From a bacterium (GTDB taxonomy: Bacteria; SAR324; NAC60-12), in assembly GCA_965209155.1 (NCBI GenBank), contig OZ242383.1, positions 2,208,001-2,272,000 on the forward strand: a stretch of 64,000 nucleotides of DNA. The letters are read 5' to 3'. Positions 38,977 through 47,405 of this stretch are shown here, piece after piece (positions within the stretch are counted from its first letter, which is position 1; each line of letters begins with the position of its first letter). The translations under genes and the position numbers were made by a program. Below the pieces are notes generated by a model that was given only the letters and a program-made list of their open reading frames with translations, was not told the DNA's origin and made no database searches.

Positions 38977-40269
38977 ATGCGTTATGAAATGTTTATCGGA
39001 CTGCGCTACTTGCTATCCCGGCGCAAGGACCGTTCGATTTCCGTCATCACCTGGATTTCAATTTGCGGGGTGATGATCGGCGTGGTGGCCCTGATCGTTT
39101 CAACGTCTCTGATGAATGGATTTCGTGACAACCTTCGCAAAGCCATTACCGGTTCCCTGCCACATATCACCGTTTTCGGGGTACTGCGAGACACTTCGGA
39201 AATCGAGCAGCTGGAAGAACGTATCGCCCGGCATGCCGAAGTGCAACACACCGCCCCCCATATTTACAAACAGGCCTTGGTCGTCGGCGACGAACTTCCC
39301 AAAGGAGCATTGATTCGTGGTATCGATCCGGACCGTGAAATCCATGTCACCGAAATCGCATCGTACCTTCGTGAGCAAATCTATCCTCCGGAACCACCCA
39401 CCCCGGAAGAACAAGATCGTATTTCCCGGAACATTTTGTCCCGCCTGTCATACGCGCGTTCCCGGGAGGGGAAGACCAGTGACGGTGTGATTTTAGGCGC
39501 TTCCCTGGCACAGGGTTTGGGAGTGTTCCTCGGGGATAGCGTCAAACTGATTTCCTCGGAAACCCGAATGACCCCCGTGGGGGACGTCCCGCGGGCCAAG
39601 AAACTGGAAGTGATCGGTATTTTCGAATCGGGAATCTCCGGTTATGATGAAGTGCTGGCTTTCGTGGATTACAGGCTGGTGCAGAAGATTTACAACATGG
39701 GCGAGCAAGTGACGGGAATTGGAGTGAGTATCGTGGACCCGGTCGACGCAACGCGGGTCGCTACCGAGTTGAAAGAGGACTTGAAGCATTTCATCGTCAA
39801 CGACTGGGCCAGTGAAAACAAAAGCATTTTTCAATTGATGGAGCTTGAAAAACTGGCCCTCTTCATCGTATTGGCCCTCATTGTCCTGGTTGCCGCGTTC
39901 AACATCATCAGTTCATTGACCATGTTGGTTTTGGAAAAAACCAAGGAAATCGCCATCCTCAAGTCGCTGGGGGCGACGGACCGCAGCGTGCTTTCCATCT
40001 TCATGTTGCAAGGAGTGATGATCGGCGTGTTCGGAACCTGCTTCGGATTATTGCTGGGATTGGGAATCTGCTGGTTCCTGCTCAATTTCAACGTTGTTGA
40101 AATTCCCCCGGGAGTCTATCCGGGAGGCAATCGCATTCCTTTATCGATCGAATGGATGGAAATCGGCATCATTGCCCTGACCTCGTTTGCCATTTGTTTT
40201 CTGGTAACCCTCGTCCCCGCCTGGAAAGCCGTACGTATCGAACCGGCAGCAGCCTTGCAATATGAATGA
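38977..40269 (+). CDS. Lipoprotein-releasing ABC transporter permease LolC/E family
   Basis: GLRYL, SLMNGF, VAAFNIISSL, EIAILKSLGA, PAWKA..EPAAALQYE. Confidence 0.92.
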   Translation: MRYEMFIGLRYLLSRRKDRSISVITWISICGVMIGVVALIVSTSLMNGFRDNLRKAITGSLPHITVFGVLRDTSEIEQLEERIARHAEVQHTAPHIYKQALVVGDELPKGALIRGIDPDREIHVTEIASYLREQIYPPEPPTPEEQDRISRNILSRLSYARSREGKTSDGVILGASLAQGLGVFLGDSVKLISSETRMTPVGDVPRAKKLEVIGIFESGISGYDEVLAFVDYRLVQKIYNMGEQVTGIGVSIVDPVDATRVATELKEDLKHFIVNDWASENKSIFQLMELEKLALFIVLALIVLVAAFNIISSLTMLVLEKTKEIAILKSLGATDRSVLSIFMLQGVMIGVFGTCFGLLLGLGICWFLLNFNVVEIPPGVYPGGNRIPLSIEWMEIGIIALTSFAICFLVTLVPAWKAVRIEPAAALQYE

Positions 40270-40616
40270 TACGATCCTGAGTCCCATCCTCTCTTGTGCG
40301 TTGAGGAACCGGAAAACCAATTCTATCCCTCCCTGCTCTGGGAATTGGCCGAAGAATTTCGCGCTTATTCGAACCGAGGCGGACAGGTCTTCGTCTCAAC
40401 CCATTCGCCGGATTTTCTAAATGCGATGAAGTTGGATGAGGTTTTCTGGTTGCAAAAGCAAGCCGGATATACTTCCGTTCTGCGAACCCGGGATGATACG
40501 CAACTATCGACTTATATGCAGGAAGGAGATCAAATGGGTTTTCTTTGGAAGCAGGGTTTTTTTCCAGGAGCTGATCCCAATTCATGAATCTCGTCTTTAT
40601 TCTTGAAGAACCTTAG
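40270..40616 (+). pseudogene. 3' fragment of an ABC/AAA_21-type ATPase plus the first 10 codons of its coupled partner (DUF4276-like)
   Basis: YDPESHPLLCVEEPENQ (Walker B), VSTHSP, no Walker A. ATGA-coupled MNLVFILEEP* at 40584-40616. Confidence 0.75.
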
Positions 40617-40806
40617 GGCCAGAAAGTTGCTGGCTCACGAGCGATCGGGCCACATTTATCATTGACCGGAAACCGTTCTTTTTGATGCCAGGATTATTAA
40701 TAAATTTAATTTTTAATTTAAATTTTTTCAGGTAATCTTATGTAACTGTTTAAAAATTCTGATAAAAAGAATGATTTATATAACGGCATTATGAAAAGGG
40801 TACGTT

Positions 40807-42813
40807 GTGGAGCGAGAAAAAGTAAAGAAAGTTGAACTGGAGTTTATGGAGACGAGTTCAATAGAGGGATTTGCATCGAAATCGGTAACCTCAGATAATG
40901 CCGCCAATCCAGATGTGATTGTGCGTGAATTAGTTCAGAACGGTCTTGATGCCGCTAGAGATGCTGATAGGCAAAAGGCTGAAATTGATTTTATTTTCGA
41001 TGAAATCAAGATTAGGGATATTCCAGGGATTGGTGCGTACAGGAAAGCTTTTGAAGCGGCAGCGGGTGAACATGTGAGTGAAATGAGTACAGCGGAAGCA
41101 CAAATCGAGCGTATTCAGAATAGCCTCAAGAAAACTACTATATCAGTACTGCATATCAGGGACAATGGGGTTGGACTTGACGCAGTAAGAATGAATGCTT
41201 TACTCGGTGATGGTATGACAAATAAGGACGGGGCAGCGTCTATGTCTGTCGGTTCGTACGGACTCGGTCATTACACAGCTTTTCCTTCATCTGATCTTCA
41301 ATACATCCTTTACGGAGGTGTGACAGCCAAAGGCACCATGATCATGTCTGCACATGCTATCCTAGCTTCACACATAATGGACAATGAAATTAAAGGAAAG
41401 GATGGTTATTTCATATCAGGTAAACAAGTAAATATTCGTTCTCGATATCAGTTCCCAACAAATGAAGATGTACCATCCGTCATGAGAAAATTTCTGAAAG
41501 AAATTTCTGCGACAAATAACGGAAGCGGTTCAGTTATATCAATACTGGCTTTCAACAACTTCCGTGCAAATGATGCCGACCCGGCAGAAGCTGTGATGGA
41601 AGCCGTTGCCAGACATTTTTTCCCGGCTATTTACAAGGAACAACTAGCGGTGAGCGTGATACAGGGAAACAAAAAACAAACTCTTGACATGAACTCTTTG
41701 AATTTCTTGATACAGAAAAAGCGTGATGAAAAGCGTCGAATTCGTACAGACGATACCGGCCTTAATGGTCATAAGGCTTATGCCGCCTATCGCACACTGA
41801 TATCTGGCAACTGTCAGATAGTAGACACCGGTTTTGGAAAGGTAGCACTGTATATGAGAGATACAGATGCAGACGAAATCACTCGTATCAACCTGTTTCG
41901 CAGTGGTATGTTTATAACCGACCAAGTTCCAATGAATACGGCCGCTGTTTATCGATCATTTCTTCCATTTAACGCGGTGCTTCTTCTTGATGCCCCGCCT
42001 TTAAAAGAAGGAAACATGGAGATTGCATATCAAGTGATTCGAAGGGCTGAAGGTGAAAAGCATGTGGATCTTAATAAGGAGAGACTTCCCAATGATTTAA
42101 AAAAGATATTTGAACCCTTATTCCGTACTATTCAGAACGAAATCAGGGCTTTTGCTAGGAAAGACAATAGCGATTCATACTCTCCTGAGTCATTCATGTT
42201 GCTGGATAAAAATAATGATAGCACATTACATCTCAGAAATAAAAAAAGTAACAAATTAAATTCACCGCTGTCGCTAAGCAGATTACAATTCACACCGTTA
42301 GCTGAAAACATCAATGAAATAGTTGACTCCGAAATAGCAGAGAAACGAGAACGGGAATACAAGCGAAAGGGCAAGCATCAAAAACCTCATCCTGGCAAGG
42401 TACCCATATCCACATTCAATAGGTCTGGACGCAACGCACCAGTATCTTGTGTCGCCCGTCGTGAAGGACGTGAAGTTCGTCTTTCTCTGCATACTCTGGA
42501 ATATGTGGCGAATGCGGGGTTACGGTTATTACTAGACCGTGGTGCTGACCCCACTTGCACACAACCGCTTCCCGATCCCTTTCTGGCAATAATGCAAGGC
42601 GCGACTGTAAATGGTGTTCTAATTCCCGAAGAAGCACACATAAAGGCAAATGGTAATATTTATGAAGTGTTGTTAGGTTCTATGAACACTAATACACGCT
42701 GCCATGTGAAAGTACACTTAGTAGAGAATATACTGGATGATGCGATTCTTAAGGTAAACATTGTATCTCGACATGTAGAGGATAATTTACTCAAAACGGA
42801 GATTGTTCAATGA
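40807..42813 (+). CDS. GHKL (HATPase)-domain protein with long unknown C-terminus
   Basis: VRELVQNGLDA (N box), IRDNGVGLD (G1), GSYGLG (G2). No His-kinase phosphoacceptor domain. Confidence 0.78.
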   Translation: MEREKVKKVELEFMETSSIEGFASKSVTSDNAANPDVIVRELVQNGLDAARDADRQKAEIDFIFDEIKIRDIPGIGAYRKAFEAAAGEHVSEMSTAEAQIERIQNSLKKTTISVLHIRDNGVGLDAVRMNALLGDGMTNKDGAASMSVGSYGLGHYTAFPSSDLQYILYGGVTAKGTMIMSAHAILASHIMDNEIKGKDGYFISGKQVNIRSRYQFPTNEDVPSVMRKFLKEISATNNGSGSVISILAFNNFRANDADPAEAVMEAVARHFFPAIYKEQLAVSVIQGNKKQTLDMNSLNFLIQKKRDEKRRIRTDDTGLNGHKAYAAYRTLISGNCQIVDTGFGKVALYMRDTDADEITRINLFRSGMFITDQVPMNTAAVYRSFLPFNAVLLLDAPPLKEGNMEIAYQVIRRAEGEKHVDLNKERLPNDLKKIFEPLFRTIQNEIRAFARKDNSDSYSPESFMLLDKNNDSTLHLRNKKSNKLNSPLSLSRLQFTPLAENINEIVDSEIAEKREREYKRKGKHQKPHPGKVPISTFNRSGRNAPVSCVARREGREVRLSLHTLEYVANAGLRLLLDRGADPTCTQPLPDPFLAIMQGATVNGVLIPEEAHIKANGNIYEVLLGSMNTNTRCHVKVHLVENILDDAILKVNIVSRHVEDNLLKTEIVQ

Positions 42814-43697
42814 GTTCAACAATACCGAGGATACGTCCTTATCCTGTAATGACTGACAGCAGTTTGGATTATGTCGAAGGTAATTTTTACGAGACACTTC
42901 AGACTGAAGATAGGATGGAAAAACGTGGCAGTAAATTCAGAATAGACATTGAACACAGGTTACATGGTCAGAATCTGGTAACTGAATTATTACGTAAAGA
43001 CAATGCTGTGTTTGCATGTACCGTGACAGCGCCAGTCAGCGCATGGCGTAAAGTGGCTGTTTCCAAAATTTCACATCAGGATGGTGAAAGCGGGTTATTG
43101 ATACATCGCCAAGTTATTGATAATCAAGACATAAGTGCAGATCAAATCAGTGGTGAGATAACCTTCCAACCAATGGTACTTTCGTCAAAGGGGATGAAAA
43201 TTACAATTACATGTGAGCATGGTCTTGACGAAATCTGGTTGGGAGATTCAATCCAAATACCTCAGGCAGGTATCTTGGCCATGGGTCCTTATTGGAACCC
43301 GAAGAATGAGATGCAAAGTGTGTTGCGTCTGAAGCTTGATCGCAACAATAAATTGCCAAATGGTTGTTTTGAAGTGAAGGAGGCTTTGGAAGAGGGATTT
43401 TACTTTGAAGTATTAGTAGCACGAGATCTCTATGAATCTCTCAAATCACCTGGAAATGCGATCCAGCATCGCGACAGCATCTATTCTGCTGCTCTCGCTC
43501 AGGGATATCAGATTTTGAAAGAGAAGTACCAAGAGTATGAAGATTGGAACGACTTCTCAAACCTTCGCAGTTTATATGCAAAACTAAAAAGCAGTGGTGT
43601 ACCTACTTGGGACAAATCAGAATTTAGCGCAAATAGTGCTGTCGCTCATTTCCATCCTCACAAGCTCAATACAGGTATAGAAAATGATGAATCTTAA
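42810..43697 (+). CDS. Hypothetical protein, translationally coupled to the GHKL gene
   Basis: 295 aa, ATGA overlap, N-terminal PYPV...DY motif. Confidence 0.8.
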   Translation: MSSTIPRIRPYPVMTDSSLDYVEGNFYETLQTEDRMEKRGSKFRIDIEHRLHGQNLVTELLRKDNAVFACTVTAPVSAWRKVAVSKISHQDGESGLLIHRQVIDNQDISADQISGEITFQPMVLSSKGMKITITCEHGLDEIWLGDSIQIPQAGILAMGPYWNPKNEMQSVLRLKLDRNNKLPNGCFEVKEALEEGFYFEVLVARDLYESLKSPGNAIQHRDSIYSAALAQGYQILKEKYQEYEDWNDFSNLRSLYAKLKSSGVPTWDKSEFSANSAVAHFHPHKLNTGIENDES

Positions 43698-43730
43698 CTT
43701 CCTCATGTATATTTAGAGGTTACCCGAAAA

Positions 43731-44615
43731 ATGTCAAGTAATCCCGAAGAGATAGTGATGTACAATGCTGCAGATCTGACAAAATATCGCAGCCAGCTTA
43801 TAAATAAATCCGGAAAAGTAGATTCTGGGACATTTGAGGAGTCCCAAATCTTTCTAGCCAGAGCGGCAGAAGCCAAAAGTTCTAAAGACTTTATCGGTAT
43901 ATTCAGTTCATTTACCAACGGAGAAGTAATTAATGTGTCGTTTCCCAACAGTCCACTAACAGAGAGGGAACTAACCGACCCGCCCCTCACTACTGAAAAA
44001 TTAATTTACAATATACTGAGAAATCTCCAGCCAAAACATGCCTGTTTACCTTCATTTTGGACGGCATATCATTTGGGGATGGTGCGACATGAGTTAATCG
44101 AACCGGCTTACTTGGCGAAATCACTCGTTTCGGTCAATGAATCAGGACGTAGTAGACTTCAAAAAGCGTTGCGAAACAACAGCAAGAAAAAACGTGATGC
44201 CTGTGTTCGCACAATACTGAGACAGTTAGGTGGGTTGCCAGAAGAACGTGGTAAAGTAAGTGTATTTATGGACTGTCGTATATCTAGGGCTTGGTGGCGT
44301 GGCCATCTGAGTGCCCAAGTGGCTCAGGATTTTAAGCACCTGGAAATTGATGCCATTTGGGAAATTCTGCGCAATACATCTGTTTGGGAACAACTTATGG
44401 GGCTTAGTGTTAAGAGTCTGACAGTCATCTGCGATAGAAACATCCGATCTGCTCTAATTGTCAGGTTTTTGGAGGAACCTGAAATTTTTAGAGAAAGAGC
44501 CAAGATAAAATCTTTCTTGGCCAAAATAGGCTCCCGCAGTGCATATCAGTCGTTAGGAGCATTGTCTGCAGCTCAGAATCTTGAAATTTTTAGAGAAATG
44601 GAGTATGAACAATGA
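43731..44615 (+). CDS. Hypothetical protein, DUF6339-like
   Basis: 294 aa. FWTAYH and ISRAWWRG resemble the W...H and SRLWW motifs recalled for DUF6339. Confidence 0.55.
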   Translation: MSSNPEEIVMYNAADLTKYRSQLINKSGKVDSGTFEESQIFLARAAEAKSSKDFIGIFSSFTNGEVINVSFPNSPLTERELTDPPLTTEKLIYNILRNLQPKHACLPSFWTAYHLGMVRHELIEPAYLAKSLVSVNESGRSRLQKALRNNSKKKRDACVRTILRQLGGLPEERGKVSVFMDCRISRAWWRGHLSAQVAQDFKHLEIDAIWEILRNTSVWEQLMGLSVKSLTVICDRNIRSALIVRFLEEPEIFRERAKIKSFLAKIGSRSAYQSLGALSAAQNLEIFREMEYEQ

Positions 44616-45910
44616 AAGCATTTAGAAAACTGCAATCACTTCCTCGAATATACGGTGTCAAACCCATTATCCTGACCTATGAACACGAAGCGCACCGAGA
44701 ACGACCACATGTATTGAAATTTTCCGGAGGCCGTTCCAGTGCTATGTTGCTGATAGGATTGCTTTATGGAAAACAATTACGTCCTTCACGAGGTGATGTT
44801 ATCGTATTCAATAACACCTCAGCCGAACACCCCGCAACCTATGTTTTCGCTGCTAATTGCAAGCGCATCGCAGAAGAGCGATTCAATATTCCTTTTATAT
44901 GGACGGAATTTCAAACCTACGAGGATGTATTCAGTGGTAATTGGCGCCGACTAGCCGGATACCGTATGGTTTTACCACATCGCTACACTGTGCGAACTCC
45001 TCGCGGGTACTTGGATAATGGCGAGATTTTTGAAGAACTGATCTCATGGAAACAACAGTTACCAACAAGGTTTAATCGCTTATGTACACAACATCTGAAA
45101 CTACAAACCACGGCAATGTTTTTACAAGACTGGTTTGGACGTTCTCCATCGGGAAAATCAAGGGAATCTAGCCAATGTAACAAAAGGTTGGGTCACTGGT
45201 ACGGTTCTTCCATGGTAGATTTAATATCATACAGTGATCGTCAGAAGTATGCCCGATATTTGCTAACTCGCCCCTTTACACGACAACGACAGAGATTTCA
45301 GGAATTCACCAAGGCGCACCTTGGGGAAATTAAAAATCGACACCTTTTGGACAAAGCTTTTGACGGAAAAGCGCCCCTTAAAGGCGAGGGTCACGTTGAA
45401 TATTTGTCATTGATTGGCTTACGTGCTGATGAGCAGCGACGAGTCACTCGAGTTCTATCCCGAAACAATGAGATAAATAATGATACTGATGCTGAACGAT
45501 TGGCGGATGGAGAGTACGTTTATACTCCTTTATATGACCTTGATATTGACAAAGAGGATGTTTTGAATTTTTGGCAAAAACAGAGTTGGGATTTAGCAAT
45601 TCCTCATGACATCAATTTGTCAAACTGCGTTTACTGTTTTATGAAAGGCGAACATGCGATCCGAGAAATCGTAGCACAGGAACCAAGTTCTGTGAATTCT
45701 GCATATACACCTAGTTCAATTAATTGGTGGGCAAATATTGAACATCGCTACGCACGTGAACTTCCCTCGATCAGAGATCCAAATACAATCAGCAGGTTTG
45801 GTTTTTTTGGAGCCAACTCCAATGTGACTTATCAAAACATAATCCAAACGATTGACTTGCCACCCGTACAGGTCGAGACTTCAGCACTACCTTGCGACTG
45901 CACTGACTAA
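44612..45910 (+). CDS. PP-loop adenine-nucleotide alpha-hydrolase, PAPS-reductase/NinC-like, Cys-rich
   Basis: FSGGRSS, NTSAEHPATY, RLCTQHLK, IGLRADEQRR, NCVYCFMK, terminal PCDCTD. ATGA overlap with the upstream gene. Confidence 0.85.
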   Translation: MKAFRKLQSLPRIYGVKPIILTYEHEAHRERPHVLKFSGGRSSAMLLIGLLYGKQLRPSRGDVIVFNNTSAEHPATYVFAANCKRIAEERFNIPFIWTEFQTYEDVFSGNWRRLAGYRMVLPHRYTVRTPRGYLDNGEIFEELISWKQQLPTRFNRLCTQHLKLQTTAMFLQDWFGRSPSGKSRESSQCNKRLGHWYGSSMVDLISYSDRQKYARYLLTRPFTRQRQRFQEFTKAHLGEIKNRHLLDKAFDGKAPLKGEGHVEYLSLIGLRADEQRRVTRVLSRNNEINNDTDAERLADGEYVYTPLYDLDIDKEDVLNFWQKQSWDLAIPHDINLSNCVYCFMKGEHAIREIVAQEPSSVNSAYTPSSINWWANIEHRYARELPSIRDPNTISRFGFFGANSNVTYQNIIQTIDLPPVQVETSALPCDCTD

Positions 45911-45933
45911 CAAACGAAGAAACCGGTTCGTCC

Positions 45934-47073
45934 GTGGATAGTATTTACCTCGATTATCAAGCTACAACACCAGTAGATCACCGAGTGATGAAGGAAATGC
46001 TGCCCTATTTTTCAGATTACTTTGCAAATCCTCATTCCAAAACTTATATTCGGTCTCTGGCTCCTAATCGGGCAATAGAGGCGGCACGTCGACGTGTTGC
46101 AATTTCAATTGGTGGCGCAGCTAAGGATATTGTATTCACATCTGGTGCGACAGAAGCCAATAATATTGCTATTCTTGGAATAGCTCGCGGTGCTGTAAGT
46201 AGGAAACGCCATCGCATAATAACACTGGCAACGGAACACACTTCTATACTGGAACCTGTCAGGTCGCTACGGGAAGAGCACTTTGAGCCTGTCATTATTG
46301 GTGTTGGTAAAGATGGCCTTGTTGACCTGAAAGAACTTGAGGCCACAATCAATGATGAAACATTACTAGTCTCTGTTATGATGGTCAATAACGAGACTGG
46401 AGTGATACAACCTATGGCTGATATCGCTTCAATCTGTAAAGCCAATGGAGCATTACTACATAGCGATTGTGCCCAAGCATTGGGAAAAATACCTATCAAT
46501 GTTGTGTCAGATGGCTTAGATTTAGCAACATTTTCCAGTCATAAAATATACGGACCTAAGGGTATCGGATGTATTTATGTCAAAAATTTGAAAAAAGCTA
46601 CCATACGTCCAATGTTTCTTGGAGGCGGGCAAGAGGGAGGATTGAGACCTGGGACGCTTCCTGTGAGTTTGTGTGTCGGTTTTGGAAAAGCAGCGCACCT
46701 TGCTCATACAGAAGTTGATGTTTTTTCGGTTCGAGCCGGTTACCTGGAGCAGAAACTTTGGAATTCAATCCTGAAATTTCGTCCTGATGCACAACGCAAC
46801 GGATCCCATATGCAGCGCGCAGCAGGTTGCTTTAGCATCTATTTTCCAGGTGAACAAGCTGATGCATTGCTGGATGGACTAAGGGGCATCGATATTTCTA
46901 CTGGTTCAGCATGTGCAGTGACAAAAACTCGTTCTTCTCACGTCTTGAAAGCTATGGGCTGTTCAAAGGTACATGCGGATGGCACCATAAGATTTTGCAT
47001 CGGTAAACCAACAACAGAATCCGATGTTAACAATGCGATCAATATATTGCGTCGGTATTTCATTAAAAAATGA
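45934..47073 (+). CDS. Cysteine desulfurase (IscS/DndA-like)
   Basis: IYLDYQATTP, FTSGATEANN, HSDCAQ, SSHKIYGPKG (PLP Lys), STGSAC (catalytic Cys). Confidence 0.93.
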   Translation: MDSIYLDYQATTPVDHRVMKEMLPYFSDYFANPHSKTYIRSLAPNRAIEAARRRVAISIGGAAKDIVFTSGATEANNIAILGIARGAVSRKRHRIITLATEHTSILEPVRSLREEHFEPVIIGVGKDGLVDLKELEATINDETLLVSVMMVNNETGVIQPMADIASICKANGALLHSDCAQALGKIPINVVSDGLDLATFSSHKIYGPKGIGCIYVKNLKKATIRPMFLGGGQEGGLRPGTLPVSLCVGFGKAAHLAHTEVDVFSVRAGYLEQKLWNSILKFRPDAQRNGSHMQRAAGCFSIYFPGEQADALLDGLRGIDISTGSACAVTKTRSSHVLKAMGCSKVHADGTIRFCIGKPTTESDVNNAINILRRYFIKK

Positions 47074-47405
47074 TTCTACTTCGATTCGTGGATGAAATCA
47101 GAAGGATGATGTTAATGGTAGACATTCGAGCAAATCATAAAAATGTTGAGGACTGGATTGCTTTAATAAATGCCTATTCGAGAATAATGTAATTATACTC
47201 TTCTGGAGTTAGCGGGAGTCACTGCCAGATATTTAACGCCCGGAAAAGATGCAAGAAATCAAAGAAGAACAATTGCAACGGCAAGCTGTAAATGAAGCGA
47301 GTGGAACGGACATCACACTCACTGAGGTTTGCCACCGTTTCATAGAGGCTAAGACCATGCCCGACGATGACGCTTATTTGATCTGTACCGTGTGAATGGC
47401 TGTCC

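Noticed and set aside
44612..47073. Canonical dndABCDE or sspABCD cluster, or a sulfate assimilation / isc operon
   Set aside because: No DndB, DndD, DndE, SspB or SspC-like ORFs and no cysDN, iscU or suf genes are recognisable. The PP-loop protein motifs differ from DndC and CysH.
47074..47405. Small gene or ncRNA between the desulfurase and the kinase
   Set aside because: Only short ORFs without motifs and no clear structure. It cannot be excluded without comparative data.
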